Origin: Candidatus Woesearchaeota archaeon
Lineage (GTDB): Archaea; Nanobdellota; Nanobdellia; Pacearchaeales; GW2011-AR1
Direction: 5' to 3'
DNA length: 19,922 bases
Assembly (NCBI GenBank): GCA_964549155.1
Contig: CAZJUG010000018.1
Coordinates: forward strand, 1 to 19,922
A program made the translations under genes and the position numbers. Below, piece after piece: positions 1-6,488 of the stretch. Positions within the stretch are counted from its first letter, which is position 1; the number at the start of each line of letters is the position of its first letter. The notes under the pieces were generated by a model. That model did no database searches and was not told where the DNA came from. It saw only the letters and a program-made list of their open reading frames with translations.

Positions 1-2327
1 GGGATTCTATATTGTTTGTTATTATAAAAATAAACTGCCGTTGGTTGTTCAATTGTTGTTTGTCCTTTACTATTAGAATTAAAACTTAAAATAACTCCTG
101 CAACATAAGAATTGCATTGCATCTGCTGTGTTTTTGAGATAGTAATTCCTGGTATAAACATCTTTGAACCATTTTCATCAACATATGAAATATCCTCATC
201 AACACATCCTCCCAATTGATAAATCCTTGTAAATCCTGTTGAGGCTTCTTGCATCTGAGAATCATCACCTACTCCTCCGAATATTCCTCCAGAAATTCTA
301 TCCCAAGAATCATTACTTCCAATCTTGGAGAAAGCACCATACTTCCCCATTTCTGTAGGATCTATTAAAAGATAATCAACATCCCAAGTTTTCATAAAAC
401 TTAACGCAGTTTTTGGATTCGGGGTTGTTAAAACATATCTTCCAATATAATGGTCTGTTTGGTCCCCTCCAGAATGGCCACCATCAGTAACTGTTGCTCT
501 TTTTCCCATTGTCTGAACAAAATATCCATAATCCCACCAGTGAACGAAGATAGAATCTTTGGGAGTTTCATTTTCTACCCAAGCCATCGCATTTTGCCAT
601 TGCATATTTGCTGAAGGGCCTACATATTTTGCCTGTGCAGAAACAATCTGAAATTTTCCTACCGAACTATCATTAAACGGAATTCCAAATAAAGAAATCC
701 AAACAAGAATCACAATAACAACCCCCACAATCCAAACAACCGGCTTAAAATCGCTATCTTTCAATGAGCTCATCTTCTTTATCAATTCTACAATTCCATA
801 GGCCCCTATTAAACAAATAAAAGGGGTAATCAAGAAAAAACTTCTAACTGCTGCACGAGCATTAATTGCTACAGTTAATGCCATTGTAAACATCAAAATA
901 TTCTCTATATGGATTCTGAATTTTTCCTTCTGATAAACATATATAAGTCCCACTAAAAATCCAATACCTCCTAGTGCATAAAGTGCCTGACTAACAAAAT
1001 TTTCTCCGTTCAAAAGGCTTGAAGAAGAAATTCTAGAGAATAAAACTGCAAAAAGCAGAAACACCATAGAACTGGACAAAATAATTCTATTTACAATATG
1101 CTTAGAACCTGAAGAAAAGTTCCAACATAAAAATAAAAGTCCTAAAACAAAAAACCAAAAATTAAGCTGTCCATTTTGATTTATCAAATCCATCAAAAAT
1201 GGTTGGGCATTTTCTGCAACTGTCGAAGAAAGTCTCCCTCCAAATTCTCCGAAGAAAGGATAAATCAGTGTAGCCCATGCTTTTTTAAATAATGTTAATG
1301 GATTTTTACCAATTAGATAAAGTCCTAAAAATCCTAGAATCATAGTTGTTCCTAGAGAGTATGCATGAATCTGGTTTTCTTTAATGAAATTCACTCTTCT
1401 CCAATATTTGCTAACCATAGAGTCAATTAATGCAAATCCAAAAACGAACAATACCAAAATACCCTGAGAATCCAAAAATCTACTATACATCAGATTTGCT
1501 TTTGAACCAAGCAAGGATGTACATAAAACAGAGAGAACAACCCATATGATATATAAAACCAAAAATTTATTCCTATCTTTTGAATTAAACATATATTGCA
1601 ATAAAAATGCTAATGGCAAAAAGACTAAAACAAATGTAATCGCTCCACCCCAAGAGGTCAATACAAGAGCAGTAAAGAATCCAAGACCTATCCCAAAAAT
1701 TAGGGTATTCTTCCAGTCCCTTTCATAGTACTTCAAGGCAAAAAAGCTTATAATCATCAGGGCAAACAATGCAAAAACACCTACATGATCATGATCATAA
1801 AATCCAGAAACACTTCTAAATAAAAATGCTGGAGCATATGCCAGGAATGCTGAAGCTAAGATACTTGCAATCTTTGACTTTGTTAAACACAAACACAATA
1901 CAAAAAACAAAATTAAACCAATCGCAAAAAATATAGGGGCAGAAATAGTTGCAGCATAATTAAATGTAATTTCAGACATAAATATTCTCAAAATTTTATA
2001 ATTCCAGATCAGATAATTATCTATAAGTTCTGGAATCCATTCAACATTATATCCTGGACTTCGCATCTCATCAATTTTTGGAAAATCTTTTCCAAGTTCT
2101 AATTGTGTTTCAGCCAACCTATAGAAATACATTGAGTCTAAATCATTGGATAAGTATTCTCCTGTAACTGAATCTTTCAAAAACTCTACATTGGAGAGTC
2201 TAATTGATGTAGAGGAAATCAGAATAACTAAAAAAACAAGAATCGTCAAAGCCCAATGAAACTTCTTGTTAAAAATAAGTCCTTTCAAAAACTCTTTTAT
2301 TTCTTCACTTTCTTTCCTTTGAGCCAT
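1..2327 (-). CDS. aglB: Archaeal oligosaccharyltransferase AglB (STT3 family), C-terminus cut by the window edge (775 codons visible)
   Basis: Absent from the supplied ORF track because it runs off the window. Reading the minus strand from the ATG at 2327-2325 (in-frame TAA just upstream at 2333-2331), I find no stop down to base 1. The N-terminal half is multi-TM. Motifs present: DLD (DxD-type) in the first loop, GFYDHD, STVAEN (TIxE-like), and the diagnostic HWWDYGY (WWDYG) at 522-542 in the same frame as the start. A soluble C-terminal region follows. Confidence 0.9.
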   Translation of the reverse strand, partial: MAQRKESEEIKEFLKGLIFNKKFHWALTILVFLVILISSTSIRLSNVEFLKDSVTGEYLSNDLDSMYFYRLAETQLELGKDFPKIDEMRSPGYNVEWIPELIDNYLIWNYKILRIFMSEITFNYAATISAPIFFAIGLILFFVLCLCLTKSKIASILASAFLAYAPAFLFRSVSGFYDHDHVGVFALFALMIISFFALKYYERDWKNTLIFGIGLGFFTALVLTSWGGAITFVLVFLPLAFLLQYMFNSKDRNKFLVLYIIWVVLSVLCTSLLGSKANLMYSRFLDSQGILVLFVFGFALIDSMVSKYWRRVNFIKENQIHAYSLGTTMILGFLGLYLIGKNPLTLFKKAWATLIYPFFGEFGGRLSSTVAENAQPFLMDLINQNGQLNFWFFVLGLLFLCWNFSSGSKHIVNRIILSSSMVFLLFAVLFSRISSSSLLNGENFVSQALYALGGIGFLVGLIYVYQKEKFRIHIENILMFTMALTVAINARAAVRSFFLITPFICLIGAYGIVELIKKMSSLKDSDFKPVVWIVGVVIVILVWISLFGIPFNDSSVGKFQIVSAQAKYVGPSANMQWQNAMAWVENETPKDSIFVHWWDYGYFVQTMGKRATVTDGGHSGGDQTDHYIGRYVLTTPNPKTALSFMKTWDVDYLLIDPTEMGKYGAFSKIGSNDSWDRISGGIFGGVGDDSQMQEASTGFTRIYQLGGCVDEDISYVDENGSKMFIPGITISKTQQMQCNSYVAGVILSFNSNSKGQTTIEQPTAVYFYNNKQYRI

Positions 2328-2348
2328 AAATTATTCAGAAAAACCTCG

Positions 2349-2360
2349 TTTAAAAAGCTT
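2349..2360 (-). promoter_or_regulatory. BRE/TATA-like element for aglB (AAGCTTTTTAAA), exactly 21 nt upstream of the ATG
   Basis: The minus-strand 12-mer AAGCTTTTTAAA is identical to the one before aglH. The same 21-nt spacing to the ATG recurs at six genes in this window. No Shine-Dalgarno sequence is present. Confidence 0.45.
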
Positions 2361-2372
2361 ATTAAAGTGAAG

Positions 2373-2390
2373 ATTAGGTTTTCACCTAAT
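2373..2390. other. Perfect 7-bp stem / 4-nt loop hairpin (ATTAGGT-TTTC-ACCTAAT) in the aglH-aglB intergenic region
   Basis: Direct reading shows that 2373-2379 is the exact reverse complement of 2384-2390. On the minus-strand transcript the loop is GAAA. It lies between the aglH stop (2443) and the aglB TATA-like box (2349-2360). Confidence 0.5.
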
Positions 2391-2413
2391 TTGGTTTTTC
2401 TACTTAGAGGGAA

Positions 2414-2434
2414 TTTCTTTTTTTTAAAAAGAAA
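2414..2434 (-). terminator. Possible aglH terminator: T-tract plus an A/T-only hairpin directly after the stop codon
   Basis: The minus strand after the TAA (2445-2443) reads GACTCTTTCTTTTTAAAAAAAAGAAA. This gives a T5 run within 15 nt of the stop, and TTTCTTTTT / AAAAAGAAA can pair. Archaeal termination commonly uses oligo-T. The signal is weak because the background is AT-rich. Confidence 0.25.
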
Positions 2435-2442
2435 GAGTCTTA

Positions 2443-3435
2443 TTAAAGCATACTCCAAGCAAGCAGGATAAAGATAATCTGTATACCGAATATCAGAATA
2501 ACAACATCGGTCTCATAAACTTTCTTCTTAAACTTTTTCAAAAACCAAATAGAAAAATGAGTTAATCCATAAATCCCCTCATATTTTGGTTTCAATGAAC
2601 CATCTTTCAATGGCATTCCAAAAGAGTATATATTGAGTCTTCCCCTCAATTTTAAAAACATCTCAATGATATAGGGAATAAAAACAACAAATACAATCTT
2701 CTCAAAATTTCCTACAATGGCCATGGAGACAATCAAAGCACCAATAGAATATGTTAAAACATCTCCTCCAAATATCTTTGCAGGACACCAATTGAAAAAT
2801 AAAAATGCCACTAATGCTCCAATCATACAGAGTCCAACAATAGACAACCAAGCATTTCCAGTTTTGAATGAAACAAAACTCAAGAAGCTTAAAATTAAAA
2901 TTCCTTGCCCTGCTTCAAGACCATTGAATCCTGCTAAAAAATTATAAACTGCAGTTACAGCCACCACACCTAGTGGAATCAAAAGTAATGGATAAAGGAT
3001 TCCAAAATACACTGTGCCTAGGAAAGGTAAACTCATTGTTTTCTCTCCAGCATTTATAACGATTAAAGGTATGGAGGCCAATACAACTAAGAATAACCTA
3101 AGTCTTGCAGAAAGCCCCTTAAGTTTCCATCCGAACATATCATCTACAAAACCAATAAATCCTGCTATTAAAACTGCTAGAACTATTGCTAAAATGCTAA
3201 TAGTAATAGAATCCATAGTCCGATACAGAGTTCTAAATGCTAAATATGCAAAAACCCCTAATAAAAAACTAAATAATACGACAACTCCTCCCGAAGCAGC
3301 AACATTTTTCGGATTCTTGAATTTGTTCATGTCTTCCCATAATAGTCCCAATTGTTTCATTTTTCTGATCCAGATTGGTAAAACTATCAGGCAACAAAAA
3401 AAACTTAGAAAGATTACAATCATCTGGGATATCAT
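2443..3435 (-). CDS. aglH: UDP-GlcNAc:dolichyl-phosphate GlcNAc-1-phosphate transferase (AglH / Alg7-GPT type, glycosyltransferase family 4)
   Basis: 330-aa polytopic membrane protein. It carries GFVDDMFG (the Mg-binding DD motif of the MraY/WecA/GPT superfamily) and NFLAGFNGLEAGQG, the eukaryote/archaeal GPT signature (NGLEAGQ). ATG start confirmed at 3435-3433. It sits adjacent to aglB. Confidence 0.85.
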   Translation of the reverse strand: MISQMIVIFLSFFCCLIVLPIWIRKMKQLGLLWEDMNKFKNPKNVAASGGVVVLFSFLLGVFAYLAFRTLYRTMDSITISILAIVLAVLIAGFIGFVDDMFGWKLKGLSARLRLFLVVLASIPLIVINAGEKTMSLPFLGTVYFGILYPLLLIPLGVVAVTAVYNFLAGFNGLEAGQGILILSFLSFVSFKTGNAWLSIVGLCMIGALVAFLFFNWCPAKIFGGDVLTYSIGALIVSMAIVGNFEKIVFVVFIPYIIEMFLKLRGRLNIYSFGMPLKDGSLKPKYEGIYGLTHFSIWFLKKFKKKVYETDVVILIFGIQIIFILLAWSML

Positions 3436-3456
3436 AGATATTTCTATTATTCAAAC

Positions 3457-3468
3457 TTTAAAAAGCTT
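3457..3468 (-). promoter_or_regulatory. BRE/TATA-like element for aglH (AAGCTTTTTAAA), exactly 21 nt upstream of the ATG
   Basis: Identical 12-mer and spacing to the aglB element. It abuts the stop codon (3469-3471) of the upstream HAD gene. Confidence 0.45.
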
Positions 3469-4071
3469 TTAGTTAAGATATTTTTCAAGGATTTCTTTAA
3501 GTTCTTTATAATCTCTGGCAGAATCTAGCTTACCTTTCTCTTTTTTTACAAGTTCTTGTTTCGCTCTGAATAAAATTCCTTTGTCTGCTCCGTGAAGCAT
3601 CTTCAAATCATTTAAGCTGTCTCCTATAGCAATGGTCTCAAAACCTGCTTGTCTAAATCTTTCAATCATCTCTATCTTTCCATCTTTCTCTCTAAGTTTA
3701 TATCCCACAATCTTTCCATCTTCAATCTTTAAATTATTTGCACACATAAATGGGTATCCTAGTTGCTCAATCAAGGGCATGATATATTCATAATAAGAAC
3801 CTGTTAGGATTACAACCTGGGCTCTTTCTCTCAGCCAGTCAAGAAATTTTCTAGCACCTTTCAGGGGTTGCATTCTATCGGCAACTTTTTTTATATCCTG
3901 AATTTTAAAATTATTTTTATTCAGAACATCCATTCTCATTTGCATAAGCTCATCATAGTTCGAAACATCCCTTGTGGTCTTCATCAATTCAACTATTCCT
4001 GTTTCTTTAGAAAACTCTTCCCAAAATTCAGGCACTAAAACTCCTTCCAAATCTAAACAAACTATTTTCAT
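3469..4071 (-). CDS. HAD-superfamily phosphatase, ThrH-like (phosphoserine phosphatase / homoserine phosphotransferase family)
   Basis: 200 aa. The N-terminus MKIVCLDLEGVLVPEFWEEF carries HAD motif I (DxE variant). As I recall it, this closely resembles Pseudomonas ThrH (ACLDLEGVLVPEIW...). Other shared stretches are WLRERAQVVILTGSYYEY and GDSLNDLKML (HAD motif IV). Its length matches ThrH. Confidence 0.75.
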   Translation of the reverse strand: MKIVCLDLEGVLVPEFWEEFSKETGIVELMKTTRDVSNYDELMQMRMDVLNKNNFKIQDIKKVADRMQPLKGARKFLDWLRERAQVVILTGSYYEYIMPLIEQLGYPFMCANNLKIEDGKIVGYKLREKDGKIEMIERFRQAGFETIAIGDSLNDLKMLHGADKGILFRAKQELVKKEKGKLDSARDYKELKEILEKYLN

Positions 4072-4092
4072 GTATTTTATAATTTTTGAATC

Positions 4093-4104
4093 ATATAAAA
4101 ACTT
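4093..4104 (-). promoter_or_regulatory. BRE/TATA-like element for the ThrH-like gene (AAGTTTTTATAT), exactly 21 nt upstream of the ATG
   Basis: Same register as the other promoter-like elements. It lies 2 nt after the stop codon of the zinc-ribbon ORF. Confidence 0.4.
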
Positions 4105-4106
4105 AT

Positions 4107-4241
4107 CTAAATTCCCTCAAGAATTTTATCCGCATCTTCAATCTCCCTCATACAATCCTTCTTACCACAATAATTACATTCTTTAGGCAGAAATTCTTTT
4201 CTTGTTTTATACCCACAATTTGAACATCTATATGTTTTCAT
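4107..4241 (-). CDS. Small zinc-ribbon protein, 44 aa (MKTYRCSNCGYKTRKEFLPKECNYCGKKDCMREIEDADKILEGI)
   Basis: Below the 60-aa cutoff of the ORF track. ATG at 4241-4239 and TAG at 4109-4107. Two CxxC pairs lie 12 residues apart. The ORF fills the 4072-4285 gap between neighbouring genes. A TATA-like 12-mer (AAACAATTTAAA, 4274-4263) sits exactly 21 nt upstream. Confidence 0.6.
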   Translation of the reverse strand: MKTYRCSNCGYKTRKEFLPKECNYCGKKDCMREIEDADKILEGI

Positions 4242-4262
4242 ATAATTTATACAAAAAGCCTC

Positions 4263-4274
4263 TTTAAATTGTTT
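4263..4274 (-). promoter_or_regulatory. TATA-like element for the zinc-ribbon ORF (AAACAATTTAAA), exactly 21 nt upstream of the ATG
   Basis: Matches the aglB/aglH 12-mer at 9 of 12 positions in the same register relative to the ATG. Confidence 0.35.
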
Positions 4275-4285
4275 TCGTAACTAGA

Positions 4286-5131
4286 CTATATAAGTAGCGG
4301 AGTCAAATAAACTTCCATAAATGCAGATACAATCAATATTAGAATAGCTACAATTGTCAAAATTAATGAGTCTTGTAAAATTATCCACATCCTTTCCCCC
4401 TTCAAATCCTTTCGGATAAATGCTACAGAGATTATTCCTCCGGCAAGGGCCGCTATAAAATAAGCACTAATTTCAGGCAACCCATGCACAAGATATCTCA
4501 GAAGCCCCAATGGCATCTTTCCAAGATTTTCAGCAAACATTCCAATGGCAGCTGCAATAACTGAAGCATTCCAAATTAAAATAAATACTGCTCCTGCTCC
4601 AAAAATAAGAGAAAATATTAGTGTAAACATCATTACATAAAGATTGTTTGAAAAAATGGACATTAGATGTCCAACACTAGTCGCACCTCCAGTCATGACT
4701 CCATATTGTTGCAAACAAGTTTCATAATTATAGGGGCTGTTAATTGTACAAAATGTTTTTATTTGAGCATCAAAGTTTGTAGAGGCTTGCTCTGGTAAGA
4801 CCAAATACCAAAAACTAAATCCAATCACTAGTCCCAAAAATAACCACATCAAAGCTTTTAGAGCCTTAGAATGTTCCATGATTAATTTTCCTTGTTCTGT
4901 TATCTCTAAATCGTTTCCCTCTTCTTGTTTTATTATTCTATACATATAAGGTAAACAACAGATCAGTGTAAATAAAACAAGTAAAACTCCAGAGTATTGA
5001 CGAAGGACAAAATCTCCAGAGAACACAAAACTTACAAGTATTATTGCAACAGAAGAATACAACAACCCTACATACCCCATTTCCCATGGGTTTCTCATAA
5101 TCCTCTTTAATGGTATGATTCTGTCTATCAT
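4286..5131 (-). CDS. SpoIIM-like (stage II sporulation protein M family / DUF95) integral membrane protein
   Basis: The C-terminal LVHGLPEISAYFIAALAGG is the characteristic HGxxE motif of the SpoIIM family, and the protein has multiple TM segments. The track ORF begins at a TTG (5140). I prefer the ATG at 5131-5129 (MIDRIIPLK...) because the TATA-like box TTTATAAA (5160-5153) lies exactly 21 nt upstream of it. Confidence 0.7.
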   Translation of the reverse strand: MIDRIIPLKRIMRNPWEMGYVGLLYSSVAIILVSFVFSGDFVLRQYSGVLLVLFTLICCLPYMYRIIKQEEGNDLEITEQGKLIMEHSKALKALMWLFLGLVIGFSFWYLVLPEQASTNFDAQIKTFCTINSPYNYETCLQQYGVMTGGATSVGHLMSIFSNNLYVMMFTLIFSLIFGAGAVFILIWNASVIAAAIGMFAENLGKMPLGLLRYLVHGLPEISAYFIAALAGGIISVAFIRKDLKGERMWIILQDSLILTIVAILILIVSAFMEVYLTPLLI

Positions 5132-5152
5132 AAGATTCAATACTTTCTTTTA

Positions 5153-5164
5153 TTTATAAACTCT
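5153..5164 (-). promoter_or_regulatory. TATA-like element for the SpoIIM-like gene (AGAGTTTATAAA), 21 nt upstream of ATG 5131
   Basis: The core TTTATAAA is self-complementary. It shares the 10-mer AGTTTATAAA with the secY element. It lies in a 76-bp divergent intergenic region. Confidence 0.4.
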
Positions 5165-5175
5165 CCTTTTTCAAA

Positions 5176-5187
5176 AGGCTTTTATAT
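5176..5187 (+). promoter_or_regulatory. BRE/TATA-like element for the eIF-2B-family gene (AGGCTTTTATAT), 20 nt upstream of the ATG
   Basis: This is the plus-strand counterpart in the divergent intergenic region. It is the same motif class, but the spacing is 20 nt rather than 21. Confidence 0.35.
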
Positions 5188-5207
5188 CTATTATAACTTC
5201 TCATTTC

Positions 5208-6065
5208 ATGAAAAAGGTGATTGTTCCAGATTTATCAAAAAAAGAGAAATCATTCAAGAAAATAATTTCTGACATTAAGTCTGTAAAAATTCAGGGAGCA
5301 AATAATATTGCTCTCGCGGGAGTAAATGCATTCCTTTTATTTCCTGACAAGAAACATGCAAAAGAAATACTCTCTGCTCGTCCAACTGAACCACTTCTTC
5401 AAAATTTTATAAAGATTCTTTTAAAATCAAAAAACATTAAAAAATCTTCTAAATATCTACTCTCCTACATGAAGGATTCTCAAAAAAAGATTAATCGAAT
5501 AGGACTCAATCTAATAAAAAATGATATGAAAATTTTTTCTCATTGTCATTCTTCTTCAGTAATTGAGTTGCTCAAATATGCAAAAGACAAAGGTAAAAAA
5601 TTTACAGTCTATACAGCTGAAGTAGAACCTCTTCTTCAGGGGAGAAAGACTGCAAAAGAACTAGCCTCTCATGGGATTCAAGTAGTTGTCATGCCAGATC
5701 TCTCTGCAGAACATTTTTTAAAAAAATGTGACATACTCTTATTCGGTGCAGATGCATATACTCGAAGATTTTTATATAATAAAATAGGTACATCCATACT
5801 TACTAAAATTGCTTCAGTTTACAACATCCCTTCATATTCTGTAGGTTTTTCATTAAAATATGCAAGAAAGGTAGTCCTTGAAAAAAGAACTGGAAAGGAA
5901 GTCTGGGACGAGAGAGATAAAAATATTTCTATAGAAAATTTAGCATTTGATAAAATAAAGGGGAGAGTAATTACAGGAGTAATATCTGAGTCAGGAATTT
6001 TACCATATAATAAGTTTATCAAAGCTGCGAAACACAATCTTAAATCTATTTCTAAACAATCTTAA
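5208..6065 (+). CDS. eIF-2B alpha/beta/delta family protein (aIF-2B-like, or ribose-1,5-bisphosphate / MTR-1-P isomerase-type)
   Basis: 285 aa. The C-terminal half, LLFGADAYTRRFLYNKIGTSILTKIASVYNIPSYSV, matches the IF-2B family core (GAD..., NKIGT, ...P.Y). I cannot assign a subfamily from sequence alone. Confidence 0.7.
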   Translation: MKKVIVPDLSKKEKSFKKIISDIKSVKIQGANNIALAGVNAFLLFPDKKHAKEILSARPTEPLLQNFIKILLKSKNIKKSSKYLLSYMKDSQKKINRIGLNLIKNDMKIFSHCHSSSVIELLKYAKDKGKKFTVYTAEVEPLLQGRKTAKELASHGIQVVVMPDLSAEHFLKKCDILLFGADAYTRRFLYNKIGTSILTKIASVYNIPSYSVGFSLKYARKVVLEKRTGKEVWDERDKNISIENLAFDKIKGRVITGVISESGILPYNKFIKAAKHNLKSISKQS

Positions 6066-6468
6066 ATAGTTTCTTATATAAGCTTCCAACCAATATGCTC
6101 GGTATAATATAATACCACAACCAAGAGTTTCCCATTAGGGGGACATACACACTTCTTAAAAAATAGATAAGTAATAAGAATGGAATCATAGTTATAAACA
6201 GCGGTTTGAAACTACTTTTAAACATTTTTCCAGTCAGTCCTAAAATCTCATTTTGCAGTTCCATATATCTTTTATCCGTTGGAGAATACTTTTTTTCCTT
6301 AAGTTCTTTTTGAAGTTCTTTTTGTCTATCTTTTATACTCTTCAGCATTGTCTGGTCTGTAGTATACTTTGTTACAACTGTTGAGATTAAAGAAACAATC
6401 AGCGAAAAAATAATTATTGAGCTCTTCGGATACTCAGTCATCAATTGAACTAGATGATACATCACCAT
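6052..6468 (-). CDS. DUF106 / EMC3-TMCO1-like membrane protein (archaeal YidC/Oxa1-superfamily insertase candidate)
   Basis: 138 aa with TM1, a K/E-rich coiled coil (KDRQKELQKELKEKK...MELQNEILGLTGKMFKSSFKP), then TM2 and TM3. This is the DUF106 architecture (as in M. jannaschii MJ0480). It lies 20 nt downstream of secY with no promoter-like box between them. Confidence 0.75.
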   Translation of the reverse strand: MVMYHLVQLMTEYPKSSIIIFSLIVSLISTVVTKYTTDQTMLKSIKDRQKELQKELKEKKYSPTDKRYMELQNEILGLTGKMFKSSFKPLFITMIPFLLLIYFLRSVYVPLMGNSWLWYYIIPSILVGSLYKKLFKIV

Positions 6469-6488
6469 TTTTTATGTTTTCTATTCAT

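Noticed and set aside
86-2471. Track ORFs 86-268(-), 1546-1728(+) and 2256-2471(+) in the apparently empty first 2.3 kb
   Set aside because: They lie out of frame or antisense within the long open-ended aglB reading frame, or span its promoter region. Their composition is low-complexity and they show no recognisable motifs. They are shadow ORFs.
2328-3456. Shared octamer TGAATAAT downstream of both the aglB and aglH TATA-like boxes as a second regulatory motif
   Set aside because: It occurs at different offsets from the TATA box and the ATG in the two promoters (positions 11-18 versus 4-11 of the 21-nt spacer). It is also A/T-rich enough to recur by chance.
2717-3472. Plus-strand ORFs 2717-2947 and 3014-3472, and minus ORF 3269-3454, overlapping aglH
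   Set aside because: They are antisense or alternative-frame shadows of a well-supported membrane-protein gene. AT-rich genomes generate long antisense ORFs, and these have no motifs.
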